This document shows, piece after piece, positions 17,343 to 27,120 of a stretch of 48,184 nt of DNA. The position numbers and the translations under genes were made by a program. The notes under the pieces were generated by a model. It did not search any database and had not been told where the DNA came from. It saw only the letters and a program-made list of their open reading frames with translations. The stretch spans positions 2,485 to 50,668 of the forward strand of contig CAZRAU010000009.1 of assembly GCA_964598025.1 (NCBI GenBank), written 5' to 3'. The DNA comes from an uncultured bacterium. Its GTDB lineage: Bacteria; Arandabacterota; Arandabacteria; Arandabacterales; Arandabacteraceae. The number at the start of each line of letters is the position of its first letter. Positions within the stretch are counted from its first letter, which is position 1.

Positions 17343-17642
17343 TCACCTTGAACCCGGCAGACGCAGCCTGAACTCGAACTCGTAGCCGGTTCTGTATGTG
17401 TACCTGACCGGAGGCGTCTCCTGCATATGGAAAAAGTCCGGACACCCTATCACAGGGACGAAACATGACTCGGACGGAGAGCAGTTCCTGTGGCACATGG
17501 TACAAACTCGCATGCAAGAACAGCACTTGCATTGCTCGCAAGGGTGAACCGATCCCTTCAGCAGGGAAGGACCGACGTTCTCGCCATACTCCTGCACATC
17601 CGGCAGGCCGACTAACGTAATCTTCGTGTTGGCGGCTTCCAT
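17343..17642 (-). CDS. small cysteine-rich hypothetical protein (99 aa)
   Basis: MEAANTK...CEQCKCCSCMRVCTMCHRNCSPSESCFVPVIGCPDF...; ATG lies 9 nt after a promoter -10 box and the ORF ends 25 nt before dut. Confidence 0.55.
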   Translation of the reverse strand: MEAANTKITLVGLPDVQEYGENVGPSLLKGSVHPCEQCKCCSCMRVCTMCHRNCSPSESCFVPVIGCPDFFHMQETPPVRYTYRTGYEFEFRLRLPGSR

Positions 17643-17651
17643 ATCAGTTGG

Positions 17652-17681
17652 AAGATACAGAAGGAACACCCATACTGTCAA
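17652..17681 (-). promoter_or_regulatory. sigma70 promoter for Cys-rich ORF-dut-deacetylase-ubiA
   Basis: TTGACA-18 nt-TATCTT on the minus strand. Confidence 0.65.
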
Positions 17682-17778
17682 TTGAATTGTACCCACAAGT
17701 CGCTGTGCGCCTGATGCAGCATGCTTGGCTCGCCGCCCGATCGGCTGCGCATCGCTCCTGTGGCGACAGATGTCTTGC

Positions 17779-17895
17779 GTAGCGTCGGGGTTCCATCCCC
17801 GACGGGTTGGGCTGCGCTCCCACACCATCTTGCACGGCGTCGCACATCCTTTGCCGACAAGTTCCCTGCACAGCGTCGGGGCTTCGTGCCCGGCG
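17779..17895 (+). repeat. two GTAG-type REP-like palindromes
   Basis: GTAGCGTCGGGGTTCCATCCCCGACG (17779-17804) and CAGCGTCGGGGCTTCGTGCCCGGCG (17871-17895). Confidence 0.7.
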
Positions 17896-17930
17896 TCAGC
17901 CCGGCCCTTGCCCGCGAAGCTTCTAGCTAT

Positions 17931-17958
17931 TTGACAGGCTAGCGGCATTTGATAAGAT
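17931..17958 (+). promoter_or_regulatory. sigma70 promoter for the aminotransferase
   Basis: TTGACA-16 nt-TAAGAT. Confidence 0.5.
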
Positions 17959-17998
17959 ATCATGGTGTCATCAAAATGACCCGAAAGGGGGAGCAAAC

Positions 17999-19177
17999 AT
18001 GAAGGACGGAAACGAGCGGACAAGACGGCTCGCGCCATATCCATTCGCCGAGATAAACAAGGCAAGAGACAAAGCGCTTGAGGCGGGCATGGACGTCATC
18101 GACATGGGGGTCGGCAACCCCGATCTGAGACCCCACCCATCGATTACCCAGCACTTCAAGCAGGCCCTCGATGAAGCGGAGCACCAGAATCACAGGTATC
18201 CGCCATTCGACGGGCTCACGGAATTCAGAGGGGCCATATCGGAGTGGTACGGCAAGAGATTCGGTGTGGAAGTCGATGCCGAGACCGAGATTCTCCCCCT
18301 CATCGGCTCCAAGGAGGGCATAGCCAAGTTCTTTCTGTCCTATCTCGATCCCGGCGAGATCGCCATAGTGACTTCCCCCTGTTACCCCGCATACATCGGC
18401 GCCGTCGGGATTTCGGACGGTACGCTTTACGAGCTGGCCCTGCGCGAGGACAACGCTTTTCATCCCGACCTCGATTCCATACCCGCCGAGGTTCGCAGCA
18501 AGGCCTCGGTGATCCTGGTGAATTACCCTAACAACCCCACCGGCGCGGCAGAATCCAGGGAACTGTATGAGCAGGTGCTGGAATTCGCGGCGCGCTACGA
18601 CCTTGCCGTGATTTCTGACATTGCCTATGCCGACCTCAGTATGGAACCGGACTACCGGGCCATGAGCTTCCTCGAACTCCCGGGTGCCCGGGAAAGAACG
18701 ATCGAATTCTATTCCTTCTCCAAGACGTATTCCATGCCGGGATGGCGTCTGGGTTTCGTTGCCGGCAATAGCACCATGGTCAGGAATCTATTGAAGATAA
18801 AGACGAACATGGACTTCGGCGTCTTCATGGCCATGCAACGAACCGGCACCTATGTCCTGGGCGCAGGTGAGGGGCTCATCGAGCCGGCCCGCAAGGCTTA
18901 TACGAGCCGAAGAGACGCTGTCCTCGAAGGCTTTGCCCGAATAGGCATGAAGGCCACCAAGCCCCCGGCCACTATATACGTATGGGCGTCGATACCATCC
19001 CGGTACGCGTCATCAATGGAGTTCGCCAAGGATGTGCTCCTGAAGACAGGCGTGGTCTTTGCGCCCGGCACAGGATTCGGAACCCATGGTGAGGGTTACA
19101 TCAGGATATCCCTAATACAAAACGAAGATCGGATAAGGGAAGCCATTGACCGGATCGAAAAGGCCAGCCTGTTTTAG
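17999..19177 (+). CDS. class I/II PLP aminotransferase, LL-diaminopimelate aminotransferase-like
   Basis: DMGVGNPD, LIGSKEGI, NYPNNPTG, DIAY, SFSKTYSMPGWRLG. Confidence 0.9.
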   Translation: MKDGNERTRRLAPYPFAEINKARDKALEAGMDVIDMGVGNPDLRPHPSITQHFKQALDEAEHQNHRYPPFDGLTEFRGAISEWYGKRFGVEVDAETEILPLIGSKEGIAKFFLSYLDPGEIAIVTSPCYPAYIGAVGISDGTLYELALREDNAFHPDLDSIPAEVRSKASVILVNYPNNPTGAAESRELYEQVLEFAARYDLAVISDIAYADLSMEPDYRAMSFLELPGARERTIEFYSFSKTYSMPGWRLGFVAGNSTMVRNLLKIKTNMDFGVFMAMQRTGTYVLGAGEGLIEPARKAYTSRRDAVLEGFARIGMKATKPPATIYVWASIPSRYASSMEFAKDVLLKTGVVFAPGTGFGTHGEGYIRISLIQNEDRIREAIDRIEKASLF

Positions 19178-19229
19178 CGCCGAATACACTCGCTACAAGA
19201 AACAGAGGCCGCACCTTGATTGGCGGGGT

Positions 19230-19877
19230 CTATTCGTATAGAGCCTTGACTTGGCTCAAGGTCACAGGCACATGTAGGGGTGCGGTCGCCGGATTTCGGA
19301 GGACTTCCTCCATCTCCAGCACGGCGAAGTACCCAGCGTATAGAGGGTGCGGCACTACTACAACATCGAGGTAGGTCCCGCCACCGACCATTGTTATGGG
19401 TTCGCCGGCCTTCTCGATTGCCAGCGTGAAATTCGGAACGTACCGGCGAAACAGGCCTGCGATCACCGCGCCCCCCCGACTTATCTCACCGGGTGTCCAG
19501 CCTTCCTCTACCGGGATGAACTCAATCGAGAAGTCGGCATCATCGTCGGCGAATAGGTTGGCCGTGGAACTGACGTCGTTGGTCTTTCCCCACCAGGGGT
19601 GGTCGGGCGGCAAACCCAGGCTGTCCGCGACGTCAATCACGAACCCAAACAGGTAGTCGTCGTGCAACAGCGTCCCATAGGCATCCATGTCCTCGGTCTG
19701 ATAGGCACAGGCCAGAGCCTTCATGAGGTTGTCGGGTGTATCGGGGGAGCAGCACCCGTCATCTTCCTTGGGACCTGTCGTACCGCCCTTGCCGCACGAG
19801 GCGAGAGCGACGGCTGCGAGCAAAGCCATACAGATGCATACTAGATGGTGCCGCAAGCGCAGCGTAGGAACTCGCAT
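19230..19877 (-). CDS. hypothetical lipoprotein with C-terminal PVTLSQVKALYE tail
   Basis: Lipobox LASC, AGGAGG RBS 9 nt before ATG 19877, own promoter. Confidence 0.8.
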   Translation of the reverse strand: MRVPTLRLRHHLVCICMALLAAVALASCGKGGTTGPKEDDGCCSPDTPDNLMKALACAYQTEDMDAYGTLLHDDYLFGFVIDVADSLGLPPDHPWWGKTNDVSSTANLFADDDADFSIEFIPVEEGWTPGEISRGGAVIAGLFRRYVPNFTLAIEKAGEPITMVGGGTYLDVVVVPHPLYAGYFAVLEMEEVLRNPATAPLHVPVTLSQVKALYE

Positions 19878-19910
19878 GATCATGCACCTCCTTCGGGAGC
19901 CTCCCATCTC

Positions 19911-19939
19911 ATTATAGAACAAGGGCACCGGACCGTCAA
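19911..19939 (-). promoter_or_regulatory. sigma70 promoter of the lipoprotein gene
   Basis: TTGACG-17 nt-TATAAT. Confidence 0.8.
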
Positions 19940-19971
19940 CCTGCCAAGAGAAGAAACGTCCCCGAGTTTCA

Positions 19972-20240
19972 TCGGGCATGGAACCCCGACGCTACACGGG
20001 GGCGGAGTGAAGCCGAGCGGGGAGCAGTGAATGTCGTTCTGAACAGCGACCGGGCGGCGAGCGAAGCCAAGCCCGTCGGGCATGGAACCCCGACGCTACA
20101 CGGGGGCGGAGTGAAGCCGAGCGGGTGGCGCGGAGGGAGGGCCTCCCGCCGCCCAGACTGGCAAGGAGGACGGTGGGAGTCCGCAGCGACAGGACCCGCG
20201 AGGCAGACCACGTCGGGCATGGAAACCCGACGCTACACGG
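19972..20240 (-). repeat. cluster of three GTAG-type REP palindromes, including two identical 50-bp units
   Basis: TCGGGCATGGAACCCCGACGCTACACGGGGGCGGAGTGAAGCCGAGCGGG at 19972-20021 and 20076-20125; third core at 20211-20240. Confidence 0.85.
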
Positions 20241-20245
20241 ACCGG

Positions 20246-21511
20246 CTAGAAATCGAGGTCGCTTTCGGTGGGGAAATCCGTCGAGGAAGGCCCCACCGTT
20301 ACAAGCGAGAAACGGGAAGCATCCAGGATCAGGCGGGCCTCCCGGAGTACCGCATCCCCTCTTACGTTCATGGCCCGCTTCAGCGACGTCTCGAGCGGGA
20401 CGTGCTCGCCTACGTAGAACTCCTGACGTGCAATCCGGCTCATCCGCGCGGTTGTGCTTTCCAAACCCAGCAGGAGATTCCCTTTGAGCTGCTGCTTCGC
20501 GCTCCGCAGCTCATCCCCGGTGACACCATTTCGCTTGAGACGCCTTATCTCTTTGGACACACGGGCTACACAGTGTCTTGCCTTCTTGGGATCGACAGCA
20601 AGGAATATGACAAATATCCCGCTCCTGTGATAGAAGTCGGCTGAACAATAGACGGAATAGGCAAGCCCACGCTTCTCCCGCACCTCCTGGAAGAGACGTG
20701 ATGTCATGCCCCCCCCCAACACCATCGATAGCAGCAGCGCGGCGAATCTCCGGTCCTCCAAATAAGAAGGCCCCTCGATACCCATGCAGATGTAGCACTG
20801 GGAGACCTTTCGCTTATCACTGTGAATCCTCGGGATCAAATCCTCGTATGGATGCCGATCCGGTGGGCCTGCCCGCTTCGGGACCTTGAGCATCCGCCCC
20901 ACGCTCCGGACCAGCCTGCCGTGATCGACATTCCCACTCGCTGCAACGATAATGTTCTCGGAGACGTAGTGATCCCGGAAGTATGACAACACCGCTTTTC
21001 TGCTGAATCCCCCTACTGAATCCATGGTGCCCAGGATAGGTTTGGCTAGAGGATTCGCGCCCCAGACAGACCGGGCTATCAGCTCGTGTACGACGTCTTC
21101 CGGCGAGTCTTCATAGTTGCGTATCTCTTCGAAGATGACCCGCTTCTCAAGTTCTATCGCATCCCGCCTCATAGCCGGCTTGCAGAGCATGTCGCCGACC
21201 ACATCCACCGACCTACCCAGTTGCTCCGGAAGGCACCGACAAATGAAAGCGGTGCTCTCTCTCCCGGCGAAAGCATCGATGGTTGCTCCAATGGACTCGA
21301 GGGCATTGGCGATCTCGAACGCCGAACGCTTGCGGGTCCCTTTGAAGAGGATATGTTCGATGAAGTGGGAGACTCCGCTCAGATTCCGGGGTTCGCAGCT
21401 CGAACCCACACCCACCCAGAACCCGAGAGCCAGCGATCGTGCGTCGCGGTTGGATTCGCTTACAACACGGATACCACCTTCGAGGACATCTCTTCTATAG
21501 ACGAAACTCAT
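20246..21511 (-). CDS. M16 family (pitrilysin-like) zinc peptidase
   Basis: SHFIEH (HxxEH), LGGGMTSRLFQEVREKRGLAYSV; coupled to pnp. Confidence 0.93.
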   Translation of the reverse strand: MSFVYRRDVLEGGIRVVSESNRDARSLALGFWVGVGSSCEPRNLSGVSHFIEHILFKGTRKRSAFEIANALESIGATIDAFAGRESTAFICRCLPEQLGRSVDVVGDMLCKPAMRRDAIELEKRVIFEEIRNYEDSPEDVVHELIARSVWGANPLAKPILGTMDSVGGFSRKAVLSYFRDHYVSENIIVAASGNVDHGRLVRSVGRMLKVPKRAGPPDRHPYEDLIPRIHSDKRKVSQCYICMGIEGPSYLEDRRFAALLLSMVLGGGMTSRLFQEVREKRGLAYSVYCSADFYHRSGIFVIFLAVDPKKARHCVARVSKEIRRLKRNGVTGDELRSAKQQLKGNLLLGLESTTARMSRIARQEFYVGEHVPLETSLKRAMNVRGDAVLREARLILDASRFSLVTVGPSSTDFPTESDLDF

Positions 21512-23601
21512 CTAGGAGACGCGTCGCGGTCCAGGAGCGCTTTGCGGCTCAGGCGTATCTTGCCGTCCCTTTCCATCCCGATCACCTTCACAGTCACCTT
21601 GTCGCCTTCGTTCAGGACATCCCTGACGGTCTTGATTCGCCTGTGCTCTATCTCGGAAATGTGCAGCAGACCCTCTTTCCCCGGCAGAATCTCCACGAAC
21701 GCACCGAAATCGACGATCTTCTTTACCGTACCGTCGTAGGCTCTACCCACCTCCGGGTCCTCGACAAGAGCGTTGATCATGTCCAGCGCCTTGTTGAGAG
21801 CTTCGCCATCCGGCGATGCGATTTTCACTTCCCCGGTATCTTCTATGTCGATAACCGCACCGGTCTCTTCAATAATCTTGCGGATGGTCTTCCCTCCGGG
21901 GCCGATGATCTCCCTGATCTTCTCCCGGTCCACCCTTATCGCCACGATTCTCGGCGCATAGCTGGATATCTCAGCCCTCGGCTCCGCCAGGATACTGTCC
22001 ATGACCTCATGGATCTTGGCTCGAGCCTCATCCGCCTGCTCCATCGCCCGGGCGAGGACATCGCGAGGGATTCCGGGTATCTTGAGATCCATCTGAATGC
22101 CGGTGTAGCCGTTCTTGGTCCCGGCGACTTTGAAATCCATGTCCCCGTGATGATCCTCCACTCCCAGTATGTCGGTAAGGATGTGGTAGTTGTCACCGTC
22201 TTTCACAAGACCCATGGCAATCCCCGCCACCTGAGCCTTGACAGGTACGCCCGCATCCATAAGGGCGAGCGACCCCGCACAGACGGTCGCCATGGAGGAG
22301 GACCCATTGGATTCAAGGATGTCGGAGACAACCCTGATTGTATACGGAAACTTCTCCGATTCCGGAATCACCGGCTGAATCGATCGTTCTGCCAGGGCCC
22401 CATGACCTATCTCTCTCCGCGCGGGCCCTCTGATCGGCCTTATCTCACCCACGCTGAACGGCGGGAAATTGTAGTGAAGCATGTAACTCTTGGATGTCTC
22501 ACCCTCCAGGTCGTCAACGCGCTGTTCGTCTATCGCTGTTCCCAGAGTGGTGACGGCGAGCGACTGCGTCTGGCCCCTGGTGAAGAGAGCCGAACCATGC
22601 GTCCTGGGAAGCACTCCGACTTCACAGCTTATCGGTCTCAGATCGCGTAGTCCTCTACCGTCCAACCGCCTGCCGCTCTCCGCTATCATTCTCCTTACTT
22701 CGTCACGCTCTATATCGTGTAGTGAGTCGGCGACATCAATCTCGCTTTGCGGGAACGTCTCGGCAAGGGCTTCGAGCGCCTCTTTCTTGATGATTCCCAG
22801 TTCCGCCTGTCTCTTCTCCTTGTCACTGATGCCGATGGCCTCTCTTATACGTGCCTCGTATCGGCGCTTCACCTCTTCGCGGACCTCCTGCCTGGGCACT
22901 CTTGGAGTGAATTCCATCTTCTTGGCGCCACAACGCTCGTTGATCCGGTGCTGGAGACCTATAATCTGGGGTGCCACTTCCTGGGCAAGCTCCAGACACT
23001 TCATCAGGTCTTCCCGACCCACTTGCTTCATACCGCCTTCGATCATGACCAACTGGTCCCCGGCGGTCACAGCTACAAGATCTATGTCACCCTCACCCCG
23101 GTCCATGAACGTCGGGTTGACGATCATCTCACCGTCTTTGCGTCCGATGCGCACCACGCCTATGGGCCCACCGAAGGGCGCTCCGGCCAGACTCAGGCTC
23201 GCAGAGGCACCTATCATCGCAAGGATATCGGAATCATTCTCCTGATCGGACGAGAGGACCGTGGCGACCACCTGCACTTCATGGCTGAAACCTTCGGGAA
23301 AGAGTGCCCGGATAGGCCTGTCGATCAGCCTGGCGCTCAGTATCTCCTTCTCGCTGGGTCGTCCCTCCCGCTTGAAAAACCCGCCGGGGATCTTGCCGGC
23401 CGCATAGGATTTTTCCCGGTAATCGACCAGCAGCGGAAGGAAACTCGCTCCTTCGAGCGGCCCTTCCGAGATACAGCTGGTCACCAGCACCATCGTGTCG
23501 CCATAACGAACCAGCACGGCGCCGTCGGCCTGCCTGGCTACTCTTCCCACCTCGATAGACAATTTGCGCCCACCGATTTCTATACTCTCTTCAATTGTCA
23601 T
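21508..23601 (-). CDS. pnp: polyribonucleotide nucleotidyltransferase
   Basis: GKIPGGFFKREGRP, RREIGHG, SNGSSSMA, GDMDFKVAG, KH and S1 domains. Confidence 0.98.
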   Translation of the reverse strand: MTIEESIEIGGRKLSIEVGRVARQADGAVLVRYGDTMVLVTSCISEGPLEGASFLPLLVDYREKSYAAGKIPGGFFKREGRPSEKEILSARLIDRPIRALFPEGFSHEVQVVATVLSSDQENDSDILAMIGASASLSLAGAPFGGPIGVVRIGRKDGEMIVNPTFMDRGEGDIDLVAVTAGDQLVMIEGGMKQVGREDLMKCLELAQEVAPQIIGLQHRINERCGAKKMEFTPRVPRQEVREEVKRRYEARIREAIGISDKEKRQAELGIIKKEALEALAETFPQSEIDVADSLHDIERDEVRRMIAESGRRLDGRGLRDLRPISCEVGVLPRTHGSALFTRGQTQSLAVTTLGTAIDEQRVDDLEGETSKSYMLHYNFPPFSVGEIRPIRGPARREIGHGALAERSIQPVIPESEKFPYTIRVVSDILESNGSSSMATVCAGSLALMDAGVPVKAQVAGIAMGLVKDGDNYHILTDILGVEDHHGDMDFKVAGTKNGYTGIQMDLKIPGIPRDVLARAMEQADEARAKIHEVMDSILAEPRAEISSYAPRIVAIRVDREKIREIIGPGGKTIRKIIEETGAVIDIEDTGEVKIASPDGEALNKALDMINALVEDPEVGRAYDGTVKKIVDFGAFVEILPGKEGLLHISEIEHRRIKTVRDVLNEGDKVTVKVIGMERDGKIRLSRKALLDRDASPR

Positions 23602-23620
23602 TTCTCTTCCTTGGTAGATT

Positions 23621-23890
23621 CTACTTACGCAATCCGAGTTCCTTGACTATCTTCCGGTACTTCTCAATCTTCCTGGACTTGAGGTAATCCAGAAGCCTTC
23701 TACGCTGTCCGACAAGCTTCAATAGTCCCCTTCTGGAATGAAAGTCCTTCTTGTGGACCTGAAAATGGCTGGTCAGATCGCGTATCCGCTCCGTAAGCAG
23801 AGCGATCTGGACTTCCGGGGAACCGGAGTCCTTCTCGTGCACTCGGAATTTCTCGATGATTTCCTGTTTCTTACCTTTTTCTAGTGGCAC
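23621..23890 (-). CDS. rpsO: 30S ribosomal protein S15
   Basis: [35 protein letters not shown]. Confidence 0.98.
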   Translation of the reverse strand: MPLEKGKKQEIIEKFRVHEKDSGSPEVQIALLTERIRDLTSHFQVHKKDFHSRRGLLKLVGQRRRLLDYLKSRKIEKYRKIVKELGLRK

Positions 23891-23951
23891 CTATAGTTCA
23901 CCCCCTCCAGCTACTATATTAGTTAGACGTTTTTTGTGCATAAATCAATAC

Positions 23952-24878
23952 CTAAGTTGATAATAGCCTCCTAGCCTTCGCCACATCCCCCCTGATCGCA
24001 TCGCGCAAAGCCTCCGGACCTGGGAAAGCGGCATCATCCCGGATCCTCCTTACGAAGGCCACTCCCACATTCCTGCCATAGAGGGCCCTCTTGACATCCA
24101 TGATATGGACTTCAACAACGCGGGCCTTGCAGCCGAAGGTGGGCTTGTTCCCGACATAAAGAGCCCCCTGCGCCTGCTTTCCGCCTATATCCACTCTGAC
24201 GGCGTACACCCCATTGGCCGGCATGAGCTTCGCCGAGTCGTCTATTTCAAGATTCGCTGTCGGAAAATCGAGCATTCGCCCTCTTCCCTCTCCTCTCACC
24301 ACCCTGCCGGAAAACCGGTAGGGCCGGCCCAGCATACTCGCTGCAGCCCCAACATCACCCCTCACAAGGGCCGTCCTCACGCGAGTCGAGCTCACAGGAT
24401 GCTTAAGGTAATTCACCGGAGGCACAATATCAACCCCAAATCCGAGTCTCTCGCCCAGACGTTCCAAATAGGGAGCATCTCCCTCCCGGCCTACCCCGAA
24501 GCGAAAATCGTAACCTATCACAAGCCTTCGCATGTTGAGCCGCTCGATCAGGAGGTCTCTCACGAACCACTCGGCAGAGCGCTTCGCGAGCTTAGGGGTA
24601 AACTGCACTATGACCGCCTTTCCCACACCGACGTCCCTTATGAGCCTCACTTTCTCTGAGGCAGTGGTCAAAAGACACGGGGCCTCCTTCGGATGGAGTA
24701 TCGCAATGGGGTGGGGATCGAACGTCACGACCACACCTGTTGCCGACAGGCCGCGGGCCAGCAGAACCACCTCCTTAAGTATCTTCCGGTGCCCCAGATG
24801 GATGCCGTCGAAAGAGCCTATGGTTACAACCGACTCCTTGCGAGCCCGGATTCCAGAGACATCTCTGATCACCCTCAT
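23952..24878 (-). CDS. ribF: bifunctional riboflavin kinase/FAD synthetase
   Basis: IGSFDGIHLGH, GYDFRFG, VSSTRVR, FPTANL; start trimmed to MRVIRD. Confidence 0.96.
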   Translation of the reverse strand: MRVIRDVSGIRARKESVVTIGSFDGIHLGHRKILKEVVLLARGLSATGVVVTFDPHPIAILHPKEAPCLLTTASEKVRLIRDVGVGKAVIVQFTPKLAKRSAEWFVRDLLIERLNMRRLVIGYDFRFGVGREGDAPYLERLGERLGFGVDIVPPVNYLKHPVSSTRVRTALVRGDVGAAASMLGRPYRFSGRVVRGEGRGRMLDFPTANLEIDDSAKLMPANGVYAVRVDIGGKQAQGALYVGNKPTFGCKARVVEVHIMDVKRALYGRNVGVAFVRRIRDDAAFPGPEALRDAIRGDVAKARRLLST

Positions 24879-24889
24879 TGACGCTTCCT

Positions 24890-25780
24890 TCACAGTACCC
24901 GTTCGGTCGCCAAGCCGCAGCCGGACCTGTCCGTCCTTCTGACAATGGCCAGGGCCCGGCCGTGCTTGTCCACCAGTACCGCGTAGTCGCCGTCGAAACC
25001 CAGATCCGAGGCGCACACATCCTCCATACGCGGCTGCCTTCCCAGTCTAAGGCCTTCGGCCCCTTGCTCCTCGATGTGGACCCGCGGCAAGTGCCTGAGG
25101 GCATCCGACAGGGGCAGCACGAACTCCTCCAGCCCCCCACCGCGTTCCACCAACAAGTCCAGGGAGACAGCCTGATCGAGGCCGAATGTCCCGATTCGGG
25201 TCCTCCTCAGGCAGAACACGGAAGCCACCGTGCCGAGGAGCCTGCCCACATCCCTGGCCAGGGACCTAACGTAGGTACCGGAAGAGCACACCACGCGCGC
25301 CGTGATGAACGGATGGCAGACATCCAGAACGTCGAACCGTTTGACATCCACAAAACGCACTTTTCTGGGAACCTCGTCTCCACGCCTGGCAAGCCGATAG
25401 AGCGGTTCGCCACGGTGTTTTAGAGCAGAGACCGCCGGGGCCACCTGTTCATAACGCCCTGTCACCTTGGCGACAGCGTCCACTATTTCCCGTTCACTCT
25501 TCTCCACAACATCGACGATACTAACCGTTTTTCCCCACCGGTCAAGTGTATCCGTATCCAGGCCGAGCTGGATGGTGAAAACGTACTCCTTCTCAAGTCC
25601 CATCAGAAACCGGGAGACCTTCGTGGCCCTACCCAGAAGCAGGATCAAGATGCCGGTCGCATTGGGGTCGAGAGTGCCGGCATGACCCACCTTGATGTCT
25701 GACGTAAGCGCCCGCACGGTATCAACGACGTCATGGGATGTCATTCCGGATGGTTTGTCGAGGACGATTATCCCGTTCAT
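24890..25780 (-). CDS. truB: tRNA pseudouridine(55) synthase
   Basis: DKPSGMTSHD, GHAGTLDP, CSSGTYVRSL. Confidence 0.96.
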   Translation of the reverse strand: MNGIIVLDKPSGMTSHDVVDTVRALTSDIKVGHAGTLDPNATGILILLLGRATKVSRFLMGLEKEYVFTIQLGLDTDTLDRWGKTVSIVDVVEKSEREIVDAVAKVTGRYEQVAPAVSALKHRGEPLYRLARRGDEVPRKVRFVDVKRFDVLDVCHPFITARVVCSSGTYVRSLARDVGRLLGTVASVFCLRRTRIGTFGLDQAVSLDLLVERGGGLEEFVLPLSDALRHLPRVHIEEQGAEGLRLGRQPRMEDVCASDLGFDGDYAVLVDKHGRALAIVRRTDRSGCGLATERVL

Positions 25781-25784
25781 ACGA

Positions 25785-26774
25785 TTAGGAGGCGGAAGTT
25801 GAATCCAGCTTCAGCAATGCGGTACCTAGTGCGTCCCGGATCCTGGCCTTGACCTCGTCGCGATCTCCGCGGATTCTAAAGCCGGCCGCCGTGGGATGGC
25901 CGCCCCCGCCGAAAGAGCTTGCCACGTCAGATATGGAATAGCCTTCCCGGGACCGCAGGCTCACCCTAAAAAGCCCATCTCCGGTCTCTCTTATGAGGAC
26001 GCCTACGAGTACATCGCGAATCGACCTCGGGTATGTTGCAAACCCCTCCGTATCCCGCGAAGTCGCCCCGGCCTCCTCATACATGCGCTTGGTTATTTCC
26101 ATGGTGGCGACGCTGCCGCCATTGGTCACCTCAATCGTGGAAAGGGCATCGCTCAGAAGCTTCAACCCGGCTGGCGACTTCTTCCAGAAGATCTCAGAAG
26201 CGGCATGATAGGCTTTCACCCCTGTGTCAAGCAGGTCGGCGGCAATCCTCAGCGTGTCACCGGTAGTGGTAGGAAACCGGAAGCAGCCAGTGTCGCTCAA
26301 AATGGCAACATAGAGAGCCTCAGCCTCGCTCCTGGTGGGATCCAGTCCCAGGACCCCAAGAAGCCGGTGGATTACTTCGCCGCATGCTCCGGCGCCCGTC
26401 TCGACCAGGTTGTAGTGCCCGAAATAGGTATTGGATGCATGATGATCGATATTGATTATGACAGGGCAGTCACGAACCAGTTTCTCGACCCAGCCAAGCC
26501 GGTCGGGCGAGGCCGCATCCACTACCACCGCCACTTCGGCAGCAGGTGTCTCAACGGCTATGACATCGCCACTACCTTCCAGAAAGGTGAAGGTATCAGG
26601 GACAGGTTCCTCAGATACCACTTTAGCGCTCTTGCCTAACCGCTTAAGAATAGATAAGATAGCGAGCTCACAGCCTATCGCGTCGCCATCCGGATCTATG
26701 TGGGACGCTATGAGGAAGGACTTGCTGGTGGTCATGACTTCAGCTATCGCTTGGTAGGTCTTCTCCATCATCAC
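25785..26774 (-). CDS. nrnA: DHH/DHHA1 bifunctional oligoribonuclease/PAP phosphatase
   Basis: HIDPDGDA, NIDHH, SDTG, GGGGHPTAAG. Confidence 0.92.
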   Translation of the reverse strand: MMMEKTYQAIAEVMTTSKSFLIASHIDPDGDAIGCELAILSILKRLGKSAKVVSEEPVPDTFTFLEGSGDVIAVETPAAEVAVVVDAASPDRLGWVEKLVRDCPVIINIDHHASNTYFGHYNLVETGAGACGEVIHRLLGVLGLDPTRSEAEALYVAILSDTGCFRFPTTTGDTLRIAADLLDTGVKAYHAASEIFWKKSPAGLKLLSDALSTIEVTNGGSVATMEITKRMYEEAGATSRDTEGFATYPRSIRDVLVGVLIRETGDGLFRVSLRSREGYSISDVASSFGGGGHPTAAGFRIRGDRDEVKARIRDALGTALLKLDSTSAS

Positions 26775-27114
26775 CTTCCTTCAGGTTCTTGAGTATCCTA
26801 TCGATGCGGGCGCCTCTCGCCGCGGAATCGTCATAGAAGAATCTCAGCTCCGGTACACGCTTAAGTCGCAACCTCCCGGCCAGTTCCGATCTAATGAAGG
26901 GGGCTGCATGCTCCAAACATGTCATCGTTCTCTTGGTATCACCTTTATCACCGATCACGCTGAAGTAAACGTTGGCATAGCTGAGGTCGGCGGATACCGT
27001 CGCCTTCGTGACGGATACAAACCCCAAGCGGGGATCCTTAAGCTTCCGCGCGATTATGTCACTGACATCTTCCTGGATCTGGCTTCCGAGCCTGATAAGT
27101 CTCCTGCTTTCCAA
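26740..27114 (-). CDS. rbfA: ribosome-binding factor A
   Basis: DPRLGFVSVT, SADLSYANVY, RVPELRFFYD. Confidence 0.95.
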   Translation of the reverse strand: MESRRLIRLGSQIQEDVSDIIARKLKDPRLGFVSVTKATVSADLSYANVYFSVIGDKGDTKRTMTCLEHAAPFIRSELAGRLRLKRVPELRFFYDDSAARGARIDRILKNLKEGDDGEDLPSDS

Positions 27115-27120
27115 CCGTTT

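Noticed and set aside
17643-18065. N-terminal extension of the 240-aa ORF 17343-18065
   Set aside because: It crosses two promoters, REP elements and the start of the divergent aminotransferase; only the part from ATG 17642 is plausible.
19972-20240. Mini CRISPR array
   Set aside because: Only three units, uneven periods (104 and 137 bp), identity extends into the supposed spacer, dispersed copies occur elsewhere, and no cas genes are present; REP fits better.
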